A stretch of 64,000 nucleotides of DNA from Nibricoccus sp. (lineage in GTDB: Bacteria > Verrucomicrobiota > Verrucomicrobiia > Opitutales > Opitutaceae): contig JASGHG010000001.1 in assembly GCA_047602425.1 (NCBI GenBank), positions 3,168,001-3,232,000 on the forward strand. The letters are read 5' to 3'. Below, piece after piece: positions 37,325 through 47,409 of this stretch (its first letter is position 1; each line of letters opens with the position of its first letter). Position numbers and translations under genes: made by a program. The notes under the pieces were generated by a model. That model searched no databases and had not been told where the DNA came from. It saw only the letters and a program-made list of their open reading frames with translations.

Positions 37325-37394
37325 AACGCAGGACCGAAAGGACCATGATTTCAAAAGCCTTTTGTTAGGGATTGGGTATTATACGTCTGTTGTT

Positions 37395-37430
37395 AACGGC
37401 GCGCCCTTGGTGTGGGCGCGCCGTTTTTTT
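37395..37430 (+). terminator. Intrinsic terminator after the TonB receptor
   Basis: AACGGCGCGCCC-N7-GGGCGCGCCGTT followed by TTTTT. Confidence 0.8.
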
Positions 37431-37605
37431 GTCACGAGCAAGGTCGTTAGTTGCGAACTTTGCGGAGGGACTGAGGTGCGGGAGGAAAGCAGAGGTTAGT
37501 TTCCGAACTCCGTGAGCCACAAACCGAAGACCGTCTTCGGGAAATTTCGCGCCTTGGATGATTTTTTTCGTGGCACTGTTCGTCATCTGCAGAAGCGCAT
37601 CGAAT

Positions 37606-37620
37606 GCGCAACGATGCGCG
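37606..37620. promoter_or_regulatory. Putative operator GCGCAACGATGCGCG
   Basis: Variant of the 33765/47338 motif, about 120 bp before the large pectinase gene. Confidence 0.5.
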
Positions 37621-37738
37621 CGTCGTATCAGTTGAGGAAAAGGCGAAGGGAACACTAGTTCTCATGCAAATCCCCAACCCCGCGCTTTTCACGGTCTGAC
37701 GACCACTCTGGTCACGCCCTGGAAAGATCTTTGTTTTT

Positions 37739-40700
37739 ATGGCCACGATTTTCGTTTCGAACCCAAAACAGCCACATGCGTTGACCGCATTTTCGAAAGT
37801 GATGCGCGCTTTCGCAAAGGCCCGGTATCTCGCGGGGTTCGTTGTCAGCGGTTGTGTTTTAATGGGTGTTGCGCGGGCCCAGACGACAGTCTTGAACGAC
37901 ACGTTTGGCGGTGGCAGCACGATCAACAGTGGCGGACCTTTGCCGGCCAACCCTTCCGTTGACGCGACTGCTTATCAGCAAATCGCTGCTAAGACCTTCA
38001 ACCCTAATCCGCCCACTATCGCGGCGGGTCATTTTCGCCACGGCATTGTCGGGACAACTTCGGGGTTCAATCACATTCAGGCGCTTTTCGCGCGATATCC
38101 GGTGAAGCTCGTGAATACAGGTGATTACCTGGAAATGACCGTGACATTCACGAATGAAACCGGGCTTTTCCTCGCTAATACCACCAGCACGCTGATGTTC
38201 GGGCTTTTTAGCTCCGGTCAAATCCAGCCCGTGCCAGGTGGGTTGAACGGCACCGGTTCGAACGCGCTGGCTGGCTACGCGCAGAATTGGACGGGCTACG
38301 TGAACCGCATTTTTTATACGGGCGGCAGTAATGTATTTTTCACCCGCCCCGCGAAGCTGGCGACCGACGCAAATAATCAGGACGTGCTCTACAACTACGG
38401 TGGGGGTGCCCAGATTGGATCGGCAGCGACGTCGACGCTGCCGGCGTCGACCGCGGGAGACCAATTCACGTTGGTTTATCGCATCACCAAAGCGAGTGCA
38501 GCCACGGTCACCTTGTCATCCGCCCTTTATTCGGGAGCGCTCGCGAGCGGAACCGCCTTATATACACAAACGGCCACCAGCACGACCTCGCAGGCATTTT
38601 TCGACACCTACGACGCGTTTGCCATCGGGTATCGCGCGAATGGCAGCGTGCCCACCATTCAGGATATCAACGCCATAAAAATCATAACCACGGGCCAGGT
38701 TATAGTTATTCCCGTCATTACCACGCAGCCGATCAGTCAGACCAAATCCGTCGGCGAAAGCGTCACGTTGACGGTGAACGCTGATGGTGGGGCAGGCACG
38801 GTGCTTTCGTATCAATGGAAAAAAGAGGGCGTGGCGATTCCCGGTGCGACGACAAACACCTACGCCATCGGCAGTGTCGCCCTGACCGACGCGGGCAACT
38901 ATTCGGTGGTTGTCACTGACACCGCCGGGTCGACCACGAGTGCCAACGCGCTTCTCACCGTGACAAACGGAGCCGTTGCACCCGCGATTTTGACCGAACC
39001 AACCGGAGCCACCATACTCGTTGGCGATTCGAAAACGTTTTTTGCTCAGGCCAACGGCACCGCTCCGCTGACCTACCAATGGCAGAAGAGTCCGGACGGT
39101 ATTGCGCCATACACGGCTATCGCCGGAGCTACAACCGATACGTATGCTATAACTAACGCGGCCCTAACCGATGCAGGTTGTTACCGGCTTGTCGTCACTA
39201 ACTCACTTGGCTCGGCGACTAGCGCGGTGGCCACGCTCGTCGTCAATCAAGCGCCCGCCATAACGACCCAGCCTATTGGAACAACTTTGGCATCAGGTTC
39301 CGCCTACACCCTGACTGTTGCCGCCACGGGAACTCCGGCTCCTGTCTACCAATGGCAGCTCAACGGAGTCGCAATTTCCGGTGCGACGAGCGCCAGTCTG
39401 CCCTTAACTCTCAGCAGTGCCAATTCCGGCTATTACAGCGTGGTTGTAACCAATGCCGTGTCCAGCGTGACGAGTTCGTCCGTTTATGTCGGCGTGCCAA
39501 GCACGCAGACCGTGACTTTTGCTCCCGGCAACAACGCCACCGGGCTTGCCGTCGATCAGCAGTTCCGCCTGGTGTTTCCTTCCGCGCCGAAGCTCGGACG
39601 CTCTGGAAAATTCCGCATCCACGACGCGGCCAACGATGCGGTTGTCACCATGATCGACATCTCCGAATTTGTTTCCTTCACACTCTTTAGCGCCACGGTC
39701 GTGAACTCCAAAATTCAGACTGTGCAGGGCAAGCAGATGTACTATCTCCCGGCCGCGATTTACGGAAACGAAGTTTGGATCACGCTTCCGGCGGCGCAAC
39801 GGCTCGCGTATGGAAAAACCTACTACGTGACGATGGAGGCAGGATTCCTGCTCGATTCCACCAACGCCTCTGTGCCTGCCATCACCAGTCCGACCGCCTG
39901 GCGGTTTTCCACCAAAGCTTCTGGTCCCGTCGCGCCCACCCCCAGCACCGGACCGACCGAAATCACGGTCGGCACCGATGGCACCGGGGACTTCGCCACG
40001 ATTCAGGGCGCGGCCGATTGGATTCCCCAGAACAATACCCTGCCGCGAACGATCCGCGTTCTTCCCGGGGTGTATCGTGATACTGGATACTTTGCCCAAA
40101 ACCGAAATTTCGTCACGCTCCTCGGAGGCGGCATCACCCGCAACGACGTAAAACTGATCTACCATTACGGAAATGAAGTTTATGGTTCGGGAGCGCGCGG
40201 TCTCGGTTCGCTGCGCATCGACAGCCACGATGTCACTGTTCGCAATCTCACCGTCGACGACGAGGTTTACCTTGCCGTGCCGAACCTTGCCGGCACCGGC
40301 AATCCCGCCGCGCCCGCTTTCGCCGGTCCCATTCAAACCGTCGCTTCAACGGGGAATCGCCTCATTTTTGACAACGTCCTCATCAAAGGCGGCCAGGATA
40401 CGCTCTACACCATTTCCGGCATCACGTATTTCTACAACTGCGAGATCTGGGGCAGCGTCGATTTCATTTACGGCGATGCGCTGGCCGTTTTCGATCGCTG
40501 CAACATCGTTGAAATCCGGAATACCGGTGGTCCGATTTGCGCGCCCAGCACGCCTTACGCTCAGCCTTACGGCGAAGTTTTTCTCAACTGCCGTTTCCCC
40601 CGGGCGCTCATCGCCAACGGCTACCCCTATGATGTCGGGGCCAACACCACGACCTTCTGCCGGCCGTGGCGTCAAGATGGCCACGTTGCCATCATCAACT

Positions 40701-43063
40701 GCCAGCTTGATACACAAATCAGCACCAAGGGTTGGTCCGAATGGGATGGGCGGGAAAACACCCAGCGCGCCCGGGAGTACGGCTCTACTTTAATCGGTGG
40801 CGGCCCGGCAACAACTATTGCCCAGCGACAAGCTGCCGGTGCTTACTGGGTCAATACCATCGATCCCGATTACACCAACGCTGCGATGTCTCCCACCGAT
40901 CCATTGCTCGTCGCACCTGGTGGCATCGCCAACCGCACCGCGGTCGACGTAAATCCCGTCGATTACACAATCGACGCAATCTTCGGACACACCTATTTTG
41001 CCCTCGGCACTTGGAGACCGTGGATTGCTCCGCGCATCGCCACGCACCCCGTGGGACAATCGGTTGGCACCAACCAATCACTTTCCTTCGTCGCTATGGC
41101 CACCGGCACTCCGGCACCCACCTACCAATGGTACAAGGACAACGTCGCCATCTCCGGCGCCACGTCTGCCACCTACAGTATTGCGAGTGCCAGCGTTGGC
41201 GACGCCGGGAGTTATACCGTTGTCGCGTCCAATGTCGCTGGCACCGCTACCAGCAACGCCGCAGTTCTAACCGTCAGCGGCGGCATTGCACCAACCATAA
41301 CCACTCAACCCACCTCACAAACCATCAACGTCGGCGGCTCGGCCACTTTCACCGCCGCTGTCGCAGGCGACGCTCCGCTCGCATACTGCTGGCAGAAATC
41401 GATCGACAGTGGCGCAAGCTTCTCTGACCTCCCGGGTGCAACGTCCTTAACCTATACCGTTTCTCAGGCCCAAATATCAGCGGCTGGTCAATATCGTTTC
41501 ATCGCCACAAATCTTGTCGGCACCGCCACGAGTTCCGTCGCGACGCTCACTGTCAATGCATCATACGCTCCGCTTACCCCTGATGGTTTCGCGGCCGCCG
41601 TTACCGGTGGCGGCGCACTCACACCGACGGTCGTTACAACCGCGGCCGCTCTGAAAACCGCCGCCGAGTCGGCCGCGCCTGCGGTTATCACTGTCTCTGG
41701 CACGCTCAACCTCTCCGCTTCCGGCGGCAACATTAAGGTCAAATCCAACAAGACCATTCAGGGCATCGACGGCAACGCCACGATCATCGGCAACATCAAC
41801 ATCGGCAGTGGCGTCGAGAATGTCGTTCTTCGCGGCCTCAACATCACCAATCCGGGCACCACGCTCGATGCCGAGGGAAAATATACCGATGGCGGCGATG
41901 GCATTTCCATCGATGCGGGCAAATACGTTTTTATTACCCATTGCACCTTGTTCGACTGCGCCGACGGTATGATCGATACGCGTCTCGGTGCGGATTTGGT
42001 GACGATCTCGTATTGCGAATTCTACTACACGGCAGCGCAGACGAATCATCGCTTCACCATGATCTCCGACGGTCTGCTCATCCGCGACGCCAGTGATGTC
42101 GTCATTGCCGCCGGTGCTCCTTTGCGGATTACGATGCATCACAACTGGTGGTCCGATCGCTGCGACCAGCGTCAGCCCTCGAGCACCAACGGTCACATCC
42201 ATCTCTTCAACAATTATTGGAATACGCCGGGTAATAGCTATGCGGCCCTCGCGCGCGACATGGCGCAGTTCCTTTCCGAATCCAACACCTATGTTTCGGT
42301 TAATAATCCGCTTTCGAAATCCGATAACAACCCTCTCCTCGACAACGGTCTGATCCGCCAAATCGGCAACAGTTACACGAACTGCACCGGCACCACCGAT
42401 GCTGGCACGGATACGGTTTTCACGCCGGGATATAGCTACGAACTTATTCCTACCGCCAGCGTCGCTTCCACCGCGACAAACTATGCGGGTAACACCTTTG
42501 GAGCGGCTTCGCCTTCGCTCCCCTCCACTGCGAGCGCCACTATCGCCGGTCCAACGGACAGCGTTGCGTCGGGTGCGGCGTTTACGCTGACTGCCGTGCC
42601 GACGGGTTTCATTGCCGCTTCGCACCAGTGGCGTTTGAACAATTTCAATGTCACCGGTGCCAACAGCGGCACGTACACGGTCGCCAGTGCTCAAAGCGCC
42701 AATGCCGGGGTCTATACTGTTGCTATCACCAATTCCGCCGGCAATACGCTCGTCAGTGCGCCGCTCACGATCAACGTTTCTTCGTCGAGTTCGTCTTCCA
42801 GCAGCAGTTCGAGTTCCTCTTCGTCCAGTTCTTCATCTTCCTCCAGCAGTTCGAGCTCATCCAGCAGCTCTTCGTCTTCGAGCTCCAGTTCGTCGTCCAG
42901 CTCCAGCAGTTCGTCGTCTTCCTCAAGCAGCGGAAGCGGAAGTTCTTCTTCCGGCGGCGGTGGCCAGGGCGGCGGCTGCTTTAATCCGTGGATCACGGGC
43001 ATCGTTATTCTGATGATGGTGCGGCGGCTGCTGGATAAAAAAGACAAGATTCACGAAAGCTGA
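37739..43063 (+). CDS. Large secreted multidomain pectinase: N-domain, 3 Ig, SbsA/Big_5-like, CE8 pectinesterase, 2 Ig, PL1-like lyase, Ig, poly-Ser, Gly-rich C-terminal anchor (1774 aa; start uncertain)
   Basis: PxITTQP...YQW...DAGxY Ig repeats; CE8 motifs GGQDTLY, GSVDFIYG, RPW; PL1 motifs SNKTIQG, GDGISI, DGMID, VTIS, TMHHNW; C-terminus GGGGQGGGCF-hydrophobic-RR. Confidence 0.88.
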   Translation: MATIFVSNPKQPHALTAFSKVMRAFAKARYLAGFVVSGCVLMGVARAQTTVLNDTFGGGSTINSGGPLPANPSVDATAYQQIAAKTFNPNPPTIAAGHFRHGIVGTTSGFNHIQALFARYPVKLVNTGDYLEMTVTFTNETGLFLANTTSTLMFGLFSSGQIQPVPGGLNGTGSNALAGYAQNWTGYVNRIFYTGGSNVFFTRPAKLATDANNQDVLYNYGGGAQIGSAATSTLPASTAGDQFTLVYRITKASAATVTLSSALYSGALASGTALYTQTATSTTSQAFFDTYDAFAIGYRANGSVPTIQDINAIKIITTGQVIVIPVITTQPISQTKSVGESVTLTVNADGGAGTVLSYQWKKEGVAIPGATTNTYAIGSVALTDAGNYSVVVTDTAGSTTSANALLTVTNGAVAPAILTEPTGATILVGDSKTFFAQANGTAPLTYQWQKSPDGIAPYTAIAGATTDTYAITNAALTDAGCYRLVVTNSLGSATSAVATLVVNQAPAITTQPIGTTLASGSAYTLTVAATGTPAPVYQWQLNGVAISGATSASLPLTLSSANSGYYSVVVTNAVSSVTSSSVYVGVPSTQTVTFAPGNNATGLAVDQQFRLVFPSAPKLGRSGKFRIHDAANDAVVTMIDISEFVSFTLFSATVVNSKIQTVQGKQMYYLPAAIYGNEVWITLPAAQRLAYGKTYYVTMEAGFLLDSTNASVPAITSPTAWRFSTKASGPVAPTPSTGPTEITVGTDGTGDFATIQGAADWIPQNNTLPRTIRVLPGVYRDTGYFAQNRNFVTLLGGGITRNDVKLIYHYGNEVYGSGARGLGSLRIDSHDVTVRNLTVDDEVYLAVPNLAGTGNPAAPAFAGPIQTVASTGNRLIFDNVLIKGGQDTLYTISGITYFYNCEIWGSVDFIYGDALAVFDRCNIVEIRNTGGPICAPSTPYAQPYGEVFLNCRFPRALIANGYPYDVGANTTTFCRPWRQDGHVAIINCQLDTQISTKGWSEWDGRENTQRAREYGSTLIGGGPATTIAQRQAAGAYWVNTIDPDYTNAAMSPTDPLLVAPGGIANRTAVDVNPVDYTIDAIFGHTYFALGTWRPWIAPRIATHPVGQSVGTNQSLSFVAMATGTPAPTYQWYKDNVAISGATSATYSIASASVGDAGSYTVVASNVAGTATSNAAVLTVSGGIAPTITTQPTSQTINVGGSATFTAAVAGDAPLAYCWQKSIDSGASFSDLPGATSLTYTVSQAQISAAGQYRFIATNLVGTATSSVATLTVNASYAPLTPDGFAAAVTGGGALTPTVVTTAAALKTAAESAAPAVITVSGTLNLSASGGNIKVKSNKTIQGIDGNATIIGNINIGSGVENVVLRGLNITNPGTTLDAEGKYTDGGDGISIDAGKYVFITHCTLFDCADGMIDTRLGADLVTISYCEFYYTAAQTNHRFTMISDGLLIRDASDVVIAAGAPLRITMHHNWWSDRCDQRQPSSTNGHIHLFNNYWNTPGNSYAALARDMAQFLSESNTYVSVNNPLSKSDNNPLLDNGLIRQIGNSYTNCTGTTDAGTDTVFTPGYSYELIPTASVASTATNYAGNTFGAASPSLPSTASATIAGPTDSVASGAAFTLTAVPTGFIAASHQWRLNNFNVTGANSGTYTVASAQSANAGVYTVAITNSAGNTLVSAPLTINVSSSSSSSSSSSSSSSSSSSSSSSSSSSSSSSSSSSSSSSSSSSSSSSSSSSGSGSSSSGGGGQGGGCFNPWITGIVILMMVRRLLDKKDKIHES
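42779..42931 (+). repeat. Poly-serine linker, about 51 codons, mixed TCN/AGY
   Basis: Read directly from the DNA. Confidence 0.9.
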
Positions 43064-43363
43064 AAACCGTTTGGAAGAGCTAAAAATTTGTTTACCCCAA
43101 CCCATACCCCCATGAATACCCCACGCTTTAGGTTCACTTGAACCAATATCGGTAACTACAGCACTCAATTCCGCTTTCCGCTCCGGACCAGGATTTGTCC
43201 GACAACTTTGCACCACCAAAGTTGCTGCGTGTGCTTCGTCGGGCACTTCTGTGCTGTTTACAATTTTCTCGATTACCCATCGAGAATCGACCCATGCGCG
43301 GGAGCTCAGGTTTCCTTGCATGTTGTCAGCCACGATAGACCACAAAAATCAAACCCCACGCTT

Positions 43364-44287
43364 ATGTCTCGTTATACCATACTACCCCGCGCGCTGGCCT
43401 TGCTGGCGCTTTGTCTCGCTCCGCTCGTTTCGTATTCAGCTGATGGTTACGGCCGCAATGCCACCGGAGGCGCCGGCGGCACGACCGTAACTGTGACCAC
43501 GGCCGACGCTTTCAAGGCGGCGGTCGCCTCCACCGCCACGTCCACCATTATCGTTTCAGGTACGATCGATCTGGGGGCAAGCGGAAAGGCGAACATGTCC
43601 ACCGGTAACAAAACGATCAAGGGCGCCAACACGAGCGCCACGGTCAAAGGCACCATCCAGTTGAGCAGCGTCAACAATGTCATTATTCAAAACCTCAACA
43701 TCTCCGCGAACACGGGAGCCGCTGGCACCAACGACGGCATCACCGTCTATGGTTCCACCAACGTCTTCATCACCAAGTGCACGATTTACGACTGCACCGA
43801 TGGCAATTTAGATATCGTTCATGGTTCGGACTACGTGACGGTCTCGTGGTGCAAGTTCTATTATACGCGCAACAACGGCCACAACTTTTCCAACCTTATC
43901 GGCTCCTCCGATACCGACACGGGTGGTTACCACATCACATACCATCACAATTGGTGGAGCACCGGTTGCATGCAACGTATGCCTGCCGATCGGTTCGGGC
44001 CCTGCCATATCTACAACAATTACTTCGATTGTGCCGGCAACGACTATTGCACCACCGCGCGCAATGTCACGCAGCAGCTTAACGAGAACAATTACTACAA
44101 CGGGGTGAAGAACCCGCTCGCCAAGGTCGACAGCGGCAAACTCAAGACGTCCGGTAATGTCTTCAACAATTGCACCGGCACGCAGACTTCGAGTTCCGAC
44201 AGTGTCTTCACGCCAAATTATGGCTACACCCTCGACACCGCTGCCAACGCGATGACCCGAGTCAAGGCCGGCGCCGGCAACCGATAA
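43364..44287 (+). CDS. Pectate lyase, family PL1, secreted, about 307 aa
   Basis: ADGYGRNATGGAGG, NDGIT, DGNLDI, YVTVSW, TYHHNW, QRMPADRFG; ATG at 43364 gives a signal peptide. Confidence 0.9.
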   Translation: MSRYTILPRALALLALCLAPLVSYSADGYGRNATGGAGGTTVTVTTADAFKAAVASTATSTIIVSGTIDLGASGKANMSTGNKTIKGANTSATVKGTIQLSSVNNVIIQNLNISANTGAAGTNDGITVYGSTNVFITKCTIYDCTDGNLDIVHGSDYVTVSWCKFYYTRNNGHNFSNLIGSSDTDTGGYHITYHHNWWSTGCMQRMPADRFGPCHIYNNYFDCAGNDYCTTARNVTQQLNENNYYNGVKNPLAKVDSGKLKTSGNVFNNCTGTQTSSSDSVFTPNYGYTLDTAANAMTRVKAGAGNR

Positions 44288-44305
44288 AAATTAATCGTCT
44301 AGATC

Positions 44306-44346
44306 GGAGGGAAGGGTGCTTTCGCAAAAAGGCATCCTTCCCTTTG
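44306..44346 (+). terminator. Hairpin / probable terminator after PL1
   Basis: GGAGGGAAGGGTGCTTT...AAAGGCATCCTTCCCTTT. Confidence 0.55.
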
Positions 44347-44465
44347 TGTCCGATGCCATTTTCCCTAAAAACCGAACTAAGCGGGAAAACTAAAAGTTAC
44401 CGGATCTCGTCGCCGTCCTTACCGGCATTTCCGCTCAAAAAATCAAAATCCAACTCCTTACACTG

Positions 44466-45212
44466 ATGAACTTCTTCAAAAAACTATTCGTTGTCATTTC
44501 TCTCGCGGCCGCCGCCTCCTCTCATGCCGCCACGATCTACCTGATCGGCGATTCGACGGTCTGCAATTATAGTTCGACCTATTATCCCCGCACGGGCTGG
44601 GGCCAGGTTTTCGGCAGTTCCTTCAAGACCACGATCACCATCAGCAATAAAGCGCTTTCTGGTCGGAGCTCGAAGAGCTTTTACGATGAAGGCGCCTGGA
44701 CGCCGGTTAAAAACGCCCTGAAGTCCGGCGACTACGTTTTCATCCAATTCGGCCATAACGACGAAAAATCGGATGATCCCACGCGTTATACCGATCCATA
44801 CACCACCTACCAACAGTATCTCACGATCTACATCAACGACGCTCGTGCAAAAGGAGCGATTCCAATTCTGGTCACCCCCGTCGAGCGCAACAGTTGGAGC
44901 AATGGCGTGGTCAAAGCCACTCATGGAAATTATCCCGCCGCCATGCGGGCGCTGGCTTCTGCAAAAGGAACTCCCCTGATCGATCTCACCGCGGGCAGTA
45001 CCAGCAAATACAATTCACAGGGACAAACCTATACCACGTGGAGTATCTTTATGAACCTCAAAGCCGGACAATACTCCAATTACCCGAATGGCAATACGGA
45101 TAACACGCACTTCCAGCTGAACGGCGCCAACATCATTGCAAGTCTTGTCGTTGGCGCAGTCCGAAGCAGCAGTAATGCACAACTGAAAGTGCTGGCCACA
45201 TACCTCAAATAG
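44466..45212 (+). CDS. Rhamnogalacturonan/pectin acetylesterase (CE12, SGNH), 248 aa
   Basis: IGDST, SGRSS, QFGHND, DNTH; signal peptide. Confidence 0.9.
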   Translation: MNFFKKLFVVISLAAAASSHAATIYLIGDSTVCNYSSTYYPRTGWGQVFGSSFKTTITISNKALSGRSSKSFYDEGAWTPVKNALKSGDYVFIQFGHNDEKSDDPTRYTDPYTTYQQYLTIYINDARAKGAIPILVTPVERNSWSNGVVKATHGNYPAAMRALASAKGTPLIDLTAGSTSKYNSQGQTYTTWSIFMNLKAGQYSNYPNGNTDNTHFQLNGANIIASLVVGAVRSSSNAQLKVLATYLK

Positions 45213-45307
45213 TTCGCGCATCTCGCCCTCGCTTCTCTCCAGCTATCTCTCTCCGTGAACGGCATTCTGCCTGACACGGTCAACCACAACCCTGCAAAAA
45301 TACCCCT

Positions 45308-46201
45308 ATGAAAAGGCTATCATTAATCCTCGCGGTGGCTGCTTTCGCGCCTGCCGCTTTCGCTGCCACACGCAGTGTTCCATCGCAGTACTCCACCGTT
45401 CAGGCCGCCGTGAATGCTGCTGCCTCCGGCGACACGATTAGCATCGCCAACGGCACCTATACCGAACAAGTCACCATTCCCAGCGGCAAGAACGGCCTGA
45501 AGATCGTCGGCGCCAGTCAGACCGGCGTCATCATCACGGCCGGACTCAATCAGAAGGCGATGGTCGTCAATGCCAACGATACCACGTTTTCCTATCTAAC
45601 TATTCGCAACACCGCAGGTCTGACCGCCGGCAATACCAGCCCCGCTGTTTATGTCTATGGCAGCCGAACCGAGTTCTATCGCTGTTACATCAATGGCTCG
45701 CAAGACACGATCTATCTCAGCGGAGGTCCCAACTATTTCGCCCTGAGCGAAATCCGAGGCAGCGTGGATTTCATTTACGGAGGCGCCGCATGCTTCTTCA
45801 CCTCGTGCAACATCCGGCAAATGCGCCCAACCGGCGGTTACGCGACTGCTCCGAACACTGCACAGACGCAGACTTACGGTCTCGTTTTCAGCAGCTGCAC
45901 ATTCAATAGCGCGAGCGGGGTCGCCGCCGGCAGTTCTACCTTCATGCGCCCTTGGGGTCCTTACGGCCAGACTGCTGTCATCAACTGCACGGTGGATGCC
46001 AGCATCTCCGCTGCGGGCTGGAGCGCCTGGGGCGGCCGCGAAGCCACTTGCCGTGCATATGAATATGGCACCAAAACCACTTCAGGCGCTACAGTCAACT
46101 TGTCCACTCGTGCATCCTGGTGCGTCCGCCTTTCTGCCTCTCAAGCCGCCACCTACACCAGAAGCAACGTTTTGGGTGGTTGGACTCCGCCGATCCTATA
46201 A
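45308..46201 (+). CDS. Pectinesterase (CE8) paralog 1, 297 aa
   Basis: VQAAVNAA, GTYTE, QDTIY, GSVDFIYG, RPW. Confidence 0.88.
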   Translation: MKRLSLILAVAAFAPAAFAATRSVPSQYSTVQAAVNAAASGDTISIANGTYTEQVTIPSGKNGLKIVGASQTGVIITAGLNQKAMVVNANDTTFSYLTIRNTAGLTAGNTSPAVYVYGSRTEFYRCYINGSQDTIYLSGGPNYFALSEIRGSVDFIYGGAACFFTSCNIRQMRPTGGYATAPNTAQTQTYGLVFSSCTFNSASGVAAGSSTFMRPWGPYGQTAVINCTVDASISAAGWSAWGGREATCRAYEYGTKTTSGATVNLSTRASWCVRLSASQAATYTRSNVLGGWTPPIL

Positions 46202-46326
46202 GGGAATCCATCAAATACCTCTAAAATAAGGCGGCGCTCGGAACAAATTCCCAGCGCCGCCCGGAATTTTTAACCGGTGCAGAATGCGCCGGCCTTGAAA
46301 ATAGAACCACAAACTCCACGCATCAT

Positions 46327-47220
46327 ATGAAACGTTTTATTACACTCCTCGCAGTGGCTGCCCTCGCGCCCGCCGCTTTTGCCGCCACACGCAGCGTGCC
46401 TTCGCAATATTCCTCCGTTCAAGCCGCCGTGAACGCCGCGGCCTCGGGCGATACCATCAGCATCGCCAATGGCACGTACACTGAAGCCGTAACAATCCCC
46501 AGCACCAAAACCGGTCTCAAGCTGGTCGGCGCCAGCCAAAGCGGCGTCATTCTTCGCGTGACCACCGCCTCGCAAATCGCACTCACCGTCAACGGCGCCG
46601 ACACCACGATCAGTTACATGACGATCTCGAATACCGCTGGTGAAACTGCTGGCCAAGCTTTGGCCTGCCGCGTCAACAGCAAGCGCGTCGAGTTCTACCG
46701 CTGTTACCTCCTCGGCTGGCAGGATACCATTGGCATTTGGGATGGCGCCGTCGTTTATATGAAGCTCTCCGAAATCCGCGGGAGCGTAGATTTTATCTAC
46801 AGCGGCGGCACCGCTTTTTTCGAAAGCTGCAATATCCGCCAGATCCGCACGTCCGGTGGCCCGTGCACCGCTCCCAGTACGCCCCAGACGGTGACCTACG
46901 GATTGGTTTTCAGTGCGTGCACTTTCAACCGTTCCAGCAACGTGGGCAACAACACCACTACCTTCATGCGTCCCTGGCGCGAATACGGTGAGACGGTGAT
47001 TATCAATTGCTCGATCGACAGCCATTTCACCGCCGCCGGTTGGAGCGCTTGGGACGGACGCGAAGCCACGTGTCGCGCTTACGAGTACGGCACCAAGACG
47101 CTCGCTGGCGCCACGGTCAATTTGTCAACTCGCGCTTCGTGGGTGAAACGCCTCACGTCCGTCGAGGCTGCAACTTATACGAGGAGCAACGTCCTCGGTG
47201 GTTGGACTCCTCCGCTGTAA
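46327..47220 (+). CDS. Pectinesterase (CE8) paralog 2, 297 aa
   Basis: GTYTE, GQALA, GWQDT, GSVDFIY, RPW. Confidence 0.9.
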   Translation: MKRFITLLAVAALAPAAFAATRSVPSQYSSVQAAVNAAASGDTISIANGTYTEAVTIPSTKTGLKLVGASQSGVILRVTTASQIALTVNGADTTISYMTISNTAGETAGQALACRVNSKRVEFYRCYLLGWQDTIGIWDGAVVYMKLSEIRGSVDFIYSGGTAFFESCNIRQIRTSGGPCTAPSTPQTVTYGLVFSACTFNRSSNVGNNTTTFMRPWREYGETVIINCSIDSHFTAAGWSAWDGREATCRAYEYGTKTLAGATVNLSTRASWVKRLTSVEAATYTRSNVLGGWTPPL

Positions 47221-47249
47221 ATTTTGGGTGTCAGTGTATTGGGTATCGC

Positions 47250-47281
47250 AACTGGCCTCCTTCGGGAGGTCAGTTTTTTTT
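47250..47281 (+). terminator. Intrinsic terminator
   Basis: AACTGGCCTCC-TTCG-GGAGGTCAGTT followed by a T tract (UUCG tetraloop). Confidence 0.85.
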
Positions 47282-47337
47282 ATCTCGCTGTCATGGCCTA
47301 TAATTCGACGGCACGGCCGGACGGTTTTCTGTTACTC

Positions 47338-47352
47338 GCGCAACAATGCGCA
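47338..47352. promoter_or_regulatory. Putative operator GCGCAACAATGCGCA
   Basis: Identical 15-mer to 33765-33779; about 58 bp before the ATG at 47410. Confidence 0.55.
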
Positions 47353-47409
47353 CGTCTTTGTCATGGCGTCGCCTTGCGACCGTATTCTCATAGTCACTAC
47401 GAAAATTCC

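Noticed and set aside
42712..43047. Glu/Leu/Asp-rich antisense ORF and Gln/Phe-rich alternative-frame ORFs
   Set aside because: By-products of the poly-serine codon run
43112..43141. Nine-codon ORF MNTPRFRFT after a C-rich tract that resembles this genome's start contexts
   Set aside because: Too short to support; could be a gene remnant or leader peptide, but there is no attenuator structure or other evidence
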